DNA of 64,000 nt from positions 61,504,001 to 61,568,000 of the forward strand of contig OX597824.1 of the NCBI GenBank assembly GCA_951406725.2, written 5' to 3'. Position 1 is the first letter of the stretch, and each line of letters opens with the position of its first letter. This document shows positions 1 to 11,580 of this stretch, in pieces. Made by a program: the position numbers and the translations under genes. This stretch comes from Octopus vulgaris. Its lineage: Eukaryota. The notes under the pieces are model-generated. The model had not been told where the DNA came from. It saw nothing but the letters and a program-made list of their open reading frames with translations, and searched no databases.

Positions 1-1789
1 TTCGACTTGACAAACTCACTCATATGGTATGGGTCTTGAGGGACTCTAGTAAACGCTTGCTTAAAATTCCATGCAGTAGTATGGAACACATATACTCATG
101 ATTGTGATGTAAAAGTCTGAAACATTCTTAGCTGTATCTATTGATGGATGTTTAACCTTCATAGCAAACTTCAGTATGTTTCATTCTTGCGATCTTATGA
201 ACTGAGTGTAAAACTATGTCACGTGCGAGAATATATAGAAATGAAGCTTTTGCAAATACATCGAAGCTTTTGGGAAGCTTTTGCATATATATAGAAGAGA
301 GAGTGGGGTGAAAATAAAACCTGATGGATTGGAGAGAAACATAAAGATGAAAGAAAGGAAAGCATTTATAGACGTAGAGTTTTCGTTTTCTGTCTGTCTG
401 TAAATTTCTGTCTAAATTGATTTGATGTGGAATATATGTATATGCTTATAGAAAGACAGACATGCAGCGAGAAGGAAAAGGAAAATAAACAGAGTAGTGT
501 AAGCAGCGCAGCGGAAGAGAAGTACAAAAATACAGAGAGAAAGAGAGAGAGAAAAATTAAGAACGAGAACTTAGAAGAGAGAGAGAGAGAAAGAGAGATT
601 AAGAGGGAGAACTTAGGAGAGAGAAAGAAATTAATTGAGAGAACTTAGGAGAGAGAGAGAATGATTAAGAGAAAGAGAGATAATGCGAGAGAAAGAGAGG
701 GAGAGAGAGAAAGGAAGAGAAGAAAAAATTGCGTGGCTAATTAACAAACATTATAGTAAGGAAGAAACTGGTTATAATCAGACACTAATAGTTGGAAAGA
801 ACCTATTTAAAACGAAATTTAATAGATTTAATGAATAAATAAATATATAAAGTGCATTAATATTTAAAATGTATTGAGAGTAAAATTGAAGCAATCCTTT
901 GAAATCTTCAATAAAATACGAAAATGCAAACATTGAACGATGAATTAAAAAATTTGTCCATATATTAGGGCTATGTAAAGACAAAAAAGTATCCTAATGT
1001 TTAGATAATTGTTGGTAAGTGTGTCATTGATGATGGACTTTATAATATAAAAGAAAAGAAAGTTATTTCAAATATAATAAATGATAACTGGGTGAAATAT
1101 TTTGCAGCGTACAGATTTTTGAGAAAACTAAGATACGCTACATTAAATATAGAAAAATACGTAAGTAAATGAAAATAGAAGAAAAAAATATGAATGTATT
1201 TGTGTATCACTGGAAGTTTATGGTGGAGAGTAGGAAGATATGACGGGAAAATGAACTCAGAGCAATGGGTTAAAACTTTATAGTCGAAATAAACAGGAAA
1301 ATTGAATGGAATGGGATAATATAGGGAGTGAAAGAGAAATAGCAAAAACCAAAAAGGGGAGTGGTCAAAGAATACCACGCTATTTGTTAAAATGAAAGTT
1401 GAAAATGAATATGTAAGTAAGATATTAAAAATGACTAAGAAAAGAAGATATAATATTAAATGAAAATAAAGTTTAAACAGACAAAAAGTTAAATAGATAA
1501 AATTAAATTAAAACAAAATACATCAAATTAATGAAGAAGTTTGATTTAAGAAAAGGGTTATGTTGAAAGTGAAGAAAATTTAAATGTGAGAAATAACAGA
1601 GACAAGGAAACATTTAAGGTAACGACAAAAAGTGAAAATATTGGGGATTATACAGTATCAAGGTTCTAAGGTGAAAACACGCACTTAAATGTGAATTAGT
1701 GCTCATGAAAGGTAAATTTGATAAATTGTTAAAACCTTAAAAGATATACCTGGTAAAATATATGTAAGGGAGGAATAATATTTTAGCCA

Positions 1790-1880
1790 AATATAAGGCA
1801 TTCCAGGCAGCTCGAAACATCAATGATGTATTTGGTAAAGATGTGACGAATAAGAGCACTGTACGTCGATGGTTTGAGAA
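1790..1880 (+). pseudogene. mariner transposase N-terminal (HTH) fragment
   Basis: Translates KAFQAARNINDVFGKDVTNKSTVRRWFE, a typical mariner HTH segment. Confidence 0.75.
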
Positions 1881-1949
1881 TATATGTAGTCAAATAATAT
1901 TTTAGTCAAATTTTCTCCAAGAGAATTGACCTTATTTTTATTGTCCAAT

Positions 1950-2400
1950 ATTGGTTCCCTCATCATTTCATCCAATTAGTTGATGTATAAAACTGCTGTA
2001 ATTGACCTACCAGGACTCATGAAGCTGCCATGGATGACACCAGCTCTGGATCACCAAACTGACACCATTGACCATTTTTGGTGAATATTCTTTCTTGAAT
2101 TGTGTTTTGGCACTTCGTATCTATCCAGCCAACGTGTAGAACGATTGCTTTTGTTGAAAAAAATCCATTTTTCATCACACGTAACAATACGATACAAAAA
2201 TGGTTCTATGTTATGCCGTGACAGCAAAGATCAGCAACTTTCAAGACAGCGTGTCATTTGATGCTGGTTCAGTCCGTGTGGTAGCCACTTGTCCAGTTTC
2301 TTTATTTTATTGATTTGTTTCAGGTGATCCAATATAGTTGGAATCGAAACATCAAACCTTGCTGCTAATGATGTTTCGAGCTGTCCGGGATGCATAAAAA
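1950..2400 (-). pseudogene. decayed mariner transposase (central part)
   Basis: Minus strand reads ...KKLDKWLPHGL...EPFLYRIVTCDEKWIFF...MVSVW*S, with WVPHEL-like and first-Asp motifs and in-frame stops. Confidence 0.9.
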
Positions 2401-2404
2401 AATT

Positions 2405-2812
2405 TGCACGCGCGAAATAAAGGTTATAGAATGGCGACGGTTTACTGTAAATGTGCGGAAGCCAGTCTGAAGGATTGCACGTGATTTAAAGGAAACGTGA
2501 CTTAGGAGTTCGCGAGTAGCCTAGGGCTTACGCTTGCATGCTTCTGAACTTGGTTGTCGGACCGTGCAGCAGGTTCTGTTCATGTGCAAGATTTTCGTTT
2601 CATGTGTATCCATTCGATTCAGCAGTAAATGAGAACGAGTTGGCTGCTGGGGAATCCCTGTCTCTTTCTAGCTGTGAATTGTCCGATGTGTCTCTCAGTT
2701 AAATGGGTTAAGGGTATATTCGCGACTACATAGGCCCACCCATCAAAAACTGACGGAGGTATGATAAATGCCGACAAACCACAGTGTGGTTTGCGAATGG
2801 CATATGGCTCTT
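2405..2812. repeat. interspersed repeat fragment ending in a structured terminus next to microsatellite
   Basis: GC-richer block ending in hairpins (GGTAT/ATGCC; AAACCAC/GTGGTTT) directly followed by TA/TACA microsatellite; family not determined. Confidence 0.4.
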
Positions 2813-2981
2813 ATACGTACATACATACATAATATATACACACATACATACATGCATACATGCATGCATACGTGCATACATAATACATATATACAAATAT
2901 ATAAACATATCTGTATAAATATATATATATGTATATGTATGTATATATATGTATGTATTTTTACACACTAGTACACGTAAA

Positions 2982-3024
<43 letters not shown>

Positions 3025-3145
3025 GTATATATATATGTATATATGTATATACATATACGTATGTATATATCTCACACTTCCCGCTATCTTTGTCTCTCTC
3101 TCTTTCCCTCTCTCTTCCTCTCTCTCTCTCTATATATATATACAT

Positions 3146-3175
<30 letters not shown>

Positions 3176-3178
<3 letters not shown>

Positions 3179-3983
3179 AATTTAAAAATAAGGATAAAAT
3201 CTTTATAAGAAATTATCAGTAGTTAGCGTGAAAAACCTCGTAAGAGAAAAAATCTGTAAATTTTTCCACTTCGAAAATATTTATTTATATTATATAGAGG
3301 GTACTATTATTCATAGGTACCGCACGCTAGGAGGGAGTTTTGCAGTCAAAACTACTAAAATAAACAAATTGTACCGAATGCAAAACTTCAAATCAAGTCA
3401 TTTAAAAACAGAATTTAGTTACATATCACCTGTGATTTCGCAATCAATGCAGAATATACATTCTATGCTCTTCAGTGCAACGAACTCAAGACATATAAGA
3501 AAAAACACAACATTACATACCCGACAGCCAACCGTAGAATTCGCCACAGCATGTACGAATATTTACATATCTATGAAAATGGCGGGCTTATTCGCAATGC
3601 ATTTCGGTAACAACTTGCCTACTCGGAACAAAAATTCAGTATTGAACTATTCCGGTGAAAAATATAAATTTAAAAATAAGGATAAAATATTTATAAGAAA
3701 TTATCAGTAGTTAGCGTGAAAAACGTCGTAAGAGAAAAAATCTGTAAATTTTTCCACTTTGAAAATATTTATTTATATTATATAGAGGGTACTATTATTC
3801 ATAGGTACCGCACGCTAGGAGGTACTTTGCAGTCAAAACTACTAAAATAAACAAATTGTACCGAATGCAAAACTTCAAAGCAAAATGACTTGCTTTGAAG
3901 TCTTGCATTCGGTACAATTTGTTTATTTTAGTAGTTTTGACTGCAAAATCCCTCCTAGCGTGCGGTACCTATAAATAATAGTA

Positions 3984-3985
<2 letters not shown>
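3176..3985 (-). mobile_element. candidate non-LTR retrozyme: 488-bp tandem unit (about 1.45 copies) with inverted 5' arm
   Basis: 3178-3395 repeats at 3666-3883 (period 488); 3788-3883 is inverted at 3890-3985; contains an intact hammerhead; (TA)n on both sides; no credible ORF. Confidence 0.8.
3418..3481 (-). ncRNA. type-I hammerhead ribozyme, intact core
   Basis: GTTGCA-CTGAAGA-GCA(TAGAAT gtat ATTCTG cattgat)TGC-GAAA-TCAC ag GTGA-TA-TGTAAC; all core nucleotides present and stems I, II and III pair. Confidence 0.88.
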
Positions 3986-4030
<45 letters not shown>

Positions 4031-4385
4031 TGTATGTAAACATGTAAACGCGATAAACTCGCACACAACACACAGAGACCTGCATACTTCTACACTCATG
4101 CCATATTCCAGTAAAACCAAACGCTTAAAATATTTAGTAAAAGAAACAAATAACAATTTTTGACGTTTTCAGATATTTAGATATATTTACTGAAATATTG
4201 GTCAGAAATATTTCGTTAAATCAAAGCAATTCTGTTTCTCCTTATTTATTTCTTTGTGACTGTAAATATTTCTTTTTCTCTTTTACTACTACCACTTCCC
4301 ATATATCCCGTTTTCAATATATATGAGAACCTCACACGCTACAATCACTCCAAAGTAATATTAGAATAAAGCATATATATGTATG

Positions 4386-4432
<47 letters not shown>

Positions 4433-4572
4433 ATATATATATGTGTGTGTATCTGCGTTTGTGTGTGTATATATAAACATATATGTATATATATATATGC
4501 ATATATAAATGCATAAATATATGTATATGTATATATATGTGTGTATCTACATGTCCATATCTTTCTATCAGT

Positions 4573-4593
4573 CTATCTATCTATCTATCTATA

Positions 4594-4687
<94 letters not shown>
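4573..4687. repeat. (TCTA)n microsatellite
   Basis: Direct reading. Confidence 0.97.
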
Positions 4688-5273
4688 CCTTTGTATGCAT
4701 CTATACTATTTATTTATATATATTTTCTAATTTAAACTTAAAGTAAATAATGTAACACGCTTACATATAGTACAATAACATCTCGCTAACACACACAAGC
4801 ACGCGCACCCATATATACGTATATATATGTAAGTATATAAACGGATGTGTATATGTGCACGTGGAAATAAGGATGTCTGTTGTCTCTGTTCACATATATG
4901 TGTGTCTAATCGTTTAGTTTTGAATATTGTAAAACCCTGTAGGCTACCATTTAGCTAATGGGTTCTGCTGTAGAGATAGCAAAGACATACGGGTCGAAAT
5001 AGCAATACTTCTTGAATAAATAGTTATGAAATAACAATTTTAAAAATATGAATAGTAGTATCGGTGATAGCCTGAAAATAAATGTCTTTATTTTAGTTGA
5101 ATGTATTGACAGCATCTTATTTATTGCCATGCAATGATACCCACTCGCCACCTAACTCCCTCGATTTCTCTCTCTCTGCCTTTCTCTCTCTCTCTCTCTC
5201 CCTCCCCCTCTCTCTCTCTTTCTCTCTCTCTCACACATTCATATATATTTACATATTTGTATGTGTATACGTA

Positions 5274-5304
<31 letters not shown>

Positions 5305-5403
5305 TAAATGCATTTTTCTTAATAGTTAGTATTTAGGTTTATATATATGAAGGTACATTTATAAGTATGCTTGTATGTATATTTGTGTGTGTGTATATAT
5401 ATG

Positions 5404-5465
<62 letters not shown>

Positions 5466-5585
5466 TATACACACACACACACATAATCAGTGAGAAAAAG
5501 GCGAGGATAGCAACACAGACAGGGAAAGAGATAGAGGAAGAGAGATAGAGATAATAGATAGATAGATAGATAGATAAATACATAG

Positions 5586-5648
<63 letters not shown>

Positions 5649-5891
5649 AAACAAGAAAGAAAGACAGAAGGAAAGAAAGAAAAAAAAGAAGGACAGAAAT
5701 AATCTATAACTTGTAAAAATGGACTATTGCAACTCCGATTTCTACAACGGGAATATTTTCACGCTTTATATATTTTGCAGTTTTTGCGCCAATAAACGTC
5801 AATCTATTTACTCGCATGCATACTTATACATGCACATTGCAACGCTTACGGACACATCCACACATACATAAAACCATTTCCACATGCATGA

Positions 5892-5940
<49 letters not shown>

Positions 5941-5970
5941 ATATGTGTGTGTGTTTGTTTGCCTGTATGA

Positions 5971-6040
<70 letters not shown>

Positions 6041-7896
6041 GTTGACGTATAAATACAAATAATATCCACATAAATCAATTGCTATTCCTTAAGTATACTG
6101 ATCGATTTCTCTTTGTATATTTGTATTATCCGTCTCTTGTATTTTTGTTTATTTAAATATTTATTTTCATGATGTACTTTAATTTTGTTACTTTTTTGTC
6201 GTCATTGATTTCAAGCTCTTGTAATATATCTGATAAATTTTAAAAGTGAAAGAAAAAGAAACATAAAATAAAAAGTATAGAAGCTTAATGCAATTATATT
6301 GCAAACATCGTATTTTATTGCCAAAATAAAAGTTATGTGTGGGAATAACCTTTCCATTCATGCAACGATTGGCTTAAAAAGTATTTTATCACATGTGTTG
6401 TAAATGGAGTTTGCCGGAGAGAAACATATGTAATGCATAGCTTGAACTTGTACAGAAGAGCACAACCGATTATGCATGCACCAGGAAGCAGGGAGGTATC
6501 TGGATTTATTCTTTGTTGTAAAGATCGAGGAGTATAACTATAAATGAATTATTGGAATAATCTTGAAAGAACTCATATCATGAACCTACAAAAGTTAAAT
6601 AAAGATTTATACCATAGGCATAACAAAGCTACATATTTATTTGTGAGAGGGGTTATCGATGTAATGGATTCCACTTCATGTCTTCAATTTTATTTGATCG
6701 ACATACACCAGGAACGATGAGAAGCAAGGGGTTTCTCACAGAGATTTGAAATATAGAAAATGCAGAAACATGTTTTGATAGCATTAAATCAACGATCTAA
6801 AGATTCTTGAAGTTACTGTTCTTAAAAGTTGAATTATTGAATAGTTCTTGCATCACATGTTGTTAGTGTGTTGTTTAGCCTCAGGTCAGCCATAATCGAG
6901 AAAACATTCCAGCCAAAATCCTCATGCCTGTTTTTCAGATATACGTACTCAAAGCAACATTGTCTAATTACATTTTTTCAAATAAATTTAAGAATCGTTT
7001 TGAGAGAGACTTGGCTATTACTTTTAGCAGATGAAATAGCTACTTCGAGAATCCATCAATGTCTTTATTACTGTCCAGCCTTGTTTCTATGTAAAGGTAA
7101 AAATCTATGACCTTCAGTAAATTCAAAATGGTATCATCTGGAGCACAACGATGAAAAAATATATGTATTTCATTACATGTCATAAGATTTCTTCGATTCT
7201 ATATCAAAATATATTACTTATCAGTTAACAAATTCTTACTAGCAAAGCTCCAGGTTTTGTTGGCCAATTACAAACATCGGTGAAATCAAACATGGAATAA
7301 TGTTTTACTTGAAAATAATTTCAGAATGTATTATTGTATTTTGAAAAAAAAAAATCAAGCATCATTTACAGTGTTTGTATATGAGCGCAGTAAAATCGTA
7401 GGCTCATATCTTTTAACTAATGTGGAGAAAGAATCGCCGCTGGTAGATAGAGACATTTACCGATACGACGAACTGATAATTTTGAAGATGTGCAACTTTG
7501 AACAAAATGATAAAGAAAATTTGATACAGTTTCTTCATTCAAATCAAACTGAACATATTATTTCAGTAAATTTCCTCGTCGTATTTTTTCTCTATTTTCT
7601 GTCCTTATAAACAACGCCAATCATTTAACCACATCTATCATTGATCAAATCATCGCAGTGTTTAGCTAATAACATTGTCAAAAATAGCAAATTACTAACT
7701 CGAAACTGTGTAAACAAATAAGCATTCTATAAATATGCAACTTGTTATGCTTTGAGAAAACTGATTAGTAAAAACAAACCGCAAAAGAACAAAAAAAACA
7801 AAAAACATATATCCTCAAAAACATGAGAAATAATAACAAAAGATTACATAGAAAGTTAACTATAACTTAGTATAGTGCACCTTTGCTAAAACCACA

Positions 7897-9162
7897 ATAT
7901 CTTCATCCCATAACTAATGCGGTTTTCTCAATTGTATGAACTAAAAGTCGGAGGGGGATGGGATAAACTATCTGCATCAAATTGCTATAAAAGGTAGTAT
8001 TTTTACCTTGTACTTATTCCTAGTGCAAGTTTTCGAGAGTGCAGTTCAATTTTGACAGTTATATTTTGAAAGCTATAATAGAAATGACAAAGGAGCATAT
8101 CCGCCATATTTCTATTTATGAGTTCAATAAAAGCAACAACGCAATGGAAAGTGCGAGGAATACTAATGCAGTTTCATGGGAATCGGACAATAAGCGTAAG
8201 CTAGTGTCAACAGTGGTTCCAGAATTTCCGAGCCGGAAACTATTGCCTAAAAGACTAACCTCGTCCAGGAAGATCTGTAGAACCCGATGAGGACGTCCTG
8301 CAAATCTTGGAGGAACAAAATCCCATCGTAACAGTTGAGGAACTAGCAGAGAAGCTTGGATTTGGTCATTCAACCATTCATCGATACCTGCGTGCCATCG
8401 GAAAAACCAGCAAATTGTGTCAATGGGTTCCTATATCGGAGTCTAATTGCTCGCAGAGAGTTCATCTGTGATATTCTTTGCTGTCACTTCTCACGAATAA
8501 ACCTTTTTCCCACCGAACAGTGACTGGTGAGGAGAAATGGGTTCTCTTTAAAAATGTCAAGTGCCGGAGACAGTTGGTAGGGAAAGGAGAAACACCGGCA
8601 GTCCAGGCTAAAGAAGGTCTTCACCAACATATAGTGTTGTTATATTTGGTGGGATATGAAAAGTTTAGTCCACTTTCAACCTTGAAACCCAAACGAAAGG
8701 AGATCTACAGCGAGCAGCTTGAGCGGCTTAAATCAGCGCTTGAAGAACAACGACCATTTTTGATTTCAAGACGAAAGGTGTTCTTCCATCAGGATAATGC
8801 TCGGCCACACAGCGAAGATGACATTCCAGAGGCTGGAGCAGTTCGAATGGGAAACGATGCCGCACCCACCATATTCGCTGGACATTACCCTATCTGATTA
8901 TCATTTAGTCTGTAGTCTTCAAAATCATTTGGATAGAAAAATTATGAATTCTGTAGACAAGATCAGAACAGTACTGGAGGAGTATTTTCGTCACGCACAT
9001 ATGAATCTTGGAAGATGGGTCTTGCAAGTCTATCAGATAGATGGAAGAACATTGTAGAAAATAAAGGAGAGTATATTTTAGATTAAAAGAGGATGATGTT
9101 TATCTTAATTTTGAAAAATAAAAAGTATTAAAAAAATGCATTATTTATGGGATGACCCAATA
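7897..9162 (+). mobile_element. full-length decayed mariner (DD34D) transposon
   Basis: TIRs TCATCCCATAACTAATGC / GCATTATTTATGGGATGA, about 1.27 kb apart; frameshifted transposase at about 8084-9086 with VTGEEKW, FHQDNARPH and PHPPYSLDITLSDYHL. Confidence 0.95.
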
Positions 9163-9539
9163 TATAATATACTCAATAGCTCATATGAACAAATTAATAT
9201 CATAATATTTCTACATTTAGACATGCATGAAAGATCACAATAACGAGTTTAGTTGCTTTAGAGCGATTGTGGAAGTTGCGTAATTCTGAGTTAGGAGTCA
9301 CAAAAGATACATACAGGATATTCAGGCGAATTTTGAAAAAATTTATGAATCTTTTTCTTTTTCGGGAACAGTTTGATGTATTGGTGAAGAGTCAACGGAG
9401 AGCATCAACATTACAGTTGTAGTTGAGAAAACGTTAGCGAAAATAGTTACCTCTATCACGATGATTGGCGCCAGGTATCAAAATACTGACATTATTTTTG
9501 CGCAATGCTCTATGGACACTGTAAAAGCTGTAAGACGTA

Positions 9540-10010
9540 ACATGAATGTCATGAAAACCAAGTTACCCTAAACTGTAATGAGCTTTGTGTGTGTCTCCAG
9601 CGAGGGTGACATCATACCGGAATTCATGCCCACATCTTTGAATAGGGCTTGAGACTCAATTCAGATGTGTATGTGAAGCTGTTGGAATCTGTGGTCAAAA
9701 CCTGGCTAGAAAGTGTTGCTATTGGAAGGCCATAAGTGTGACAGCAGGATTCATTTCCTTACTACACCTCCGGAAAGAGTCAGAAGTCGGAAATTTTCTA
9801 CGACTTCATCTGTCTCAGTTTTTGGCTTCGATTGTAATCCCATCGATTACTATGCCCGGGGCGCAGTTGAGAAAGACACCAACCACACTGCCTGCATCAC
9901 CAAGATCAAGATGAAGGTGAGAATTGAAAATCTCCAGAGACGCAGCGAGGAACGCATGCGCCAGGTCCCGGTGTCGTCTTGAGTCGTAGAGGAAGCTGAG
10001 GGCGGCTACA
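9540..10010 (+). pseudogene. maT/DD37D-like Tc1-mariner transposase remnant
   Basis: VMSFVCVSSEGDI...RLNSDVYVKLLESVVKTWLESVAIGRP*V*QQDS...DCNPIDYY..GAVEK. Confidence 0.75.
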
Positions 10011-10469
10011 ACTAGGAAACTGTTATGATGAAGTTGATGTATTTTTTTATTTTTAAAAAATTACATTTTGCATGGGATATTGTGTTTCGTTTCCTTTTAT
10101 GAAAGCTACTAAATTCAGCCTGAAAAACTTGAAAATTAGTTATGAATTTCCTTTAAACTAGTTATCCATTATTAGATTTACATTTCTCCCACAATTATTT
10201 GATTATTTCAATTTTATTTTAAATGTATTTATAACTATTAATACTGTTGGAAATATTTATCTCTTAAGTGTTTCTTGTTTTGCCAATATACAGATACTAA
10301 TGCATGCCTTTTAGAAATAAAATATTAAGAATGATACTTAACCAGTGGCTGAAGGTCAAGGGAAATGGAAACACAAACTATTGGTTTTAAAGAGATCAAT
10401 GATGATCTATTGAAACAATGTATTTCATCAGCATTTTCTCAATTTATTTGTTTGTTTATGTCTTTTCTT

Positions 10470-10541
<72 letters not shown>

Positions 10542-10897
10542 GTGTGTGTATATATATTAATAAAAGAATTCAACCTTGTCTGATTTTCACGTTTTATTTA
10601 CAATCTTATAATGATATATTATAAGATAATATATTATTATTGAATAAAATAAAATGAAATAGTAGAATGTTAAATATTCATTCTGATTGAACTTTGCATT
10701 GAATTCTGCAATCTTCGGGTTCATGTAGTAGTGTTGACAGTCATGCTTCACAATTTTTGACTGTAGCAAGATGATTGATTCTGTGCTATAAATACAGCAG
10801 GGAGAGGCTCCAGAGTGCTAGGTTTTGCAAACTGTATTCTGACCAATCAGTGTGTAGTATCACTCAATTACTTAAGCTGATTGGTTGGTTGAGCTGT

Positions 10898-11110
10898 GCC
10901 CACAAGGGGCTAAACATAGAGGGGACAAACAAGGACAGACAAAGGGATTAAGTCGATTATATCGACCCCAGTGCGTAACTGGTACTTAATTTATCGACCC
11001 CGAAAGGATGAAAGTCAAAGTCGACCTCGGCGGAATTTGAACTGAAAACGTAATGGCAGAAGAAATACCGCTAAGCATTTTGCCCGGCGCGCTAACGTTT
11101 CTGCCAGCTA
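10898..11110 (-). mobile_element. tRNA-derived SINE copy (reverse orientation)
   Basis: Reverse complement of 11170-11385. Confidence 0.85.
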
Positions 11111-11162
11111 TATTTTCTCTGTAATTCTCTCAATATTGAATACATTAATATTAGGAGATATA

Positions 11163-11580
11163 GGGCGGCGAGGTGGCAGAAACGTTAGCACGGCTGGCGA
11201 AATGTTTAGCCGTATTTCGTCTGCCGTTACGTTCTGAGTTCAAATTCCGCCGAGGTCGACGTTGCCTTTCATCCTTTCGGGGTCGATTAAATAAGTACCA
11301 GTTACGCACTGGGGTCGATATAATCGACTTAATCCGTGTGTCTGTCCTTGTTTGTCTTCTCTGTGTTTAGCCCACTGTGGGTAGTAAAGAAATAGGTATT
11401 TCGTCTGCCGCTACGTTCTGAGTTCAAATTCCCCCTAGGTCGACTTTGACTTTCATCCTTTCGGTGTCGATAAATTAAGTACCAGCTACTCACTGGGGTC
11501 GATATAATCGACTTAATCCGTGTGTCTGTCCTTGTTTGTCCCATCTGTGTTTAGACCCCTGTGGGCGATAAAGAAATATA
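11163..11580 (+). mobile_element. tRNA-derived SINE followed by a tandem 5'-truncated second copy
   Basis: A-box-like TGGCAGAAACG and B-box-like GAGTTCAAATTCC; 11213-11395 repeats at 11397-11578; same family at 39360, 52411 and 53596. Confidence 0.85.

Noticed and set aside
760-1740. Possible ancient PLE remnant on the minus strand
   Set aside because: Too decayed and AT-rich to support
3228-3710. 160-aa ORF
   Set aside because: Starts at GTG, spans one tandem unit antisense to the hammerhead, no recognisable domain
4975-5015. Hammerhead-like GAC..GTC-GAAA-TAGCAA-TA
   Set aside because: No acceptable CUGANGA box
2726-6078. Many ORFs rich in YI/IY, LSIY, HT, poly-I/L/N/S here and throughout the window
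   Set aside because: Translations of microsatellites, not genes
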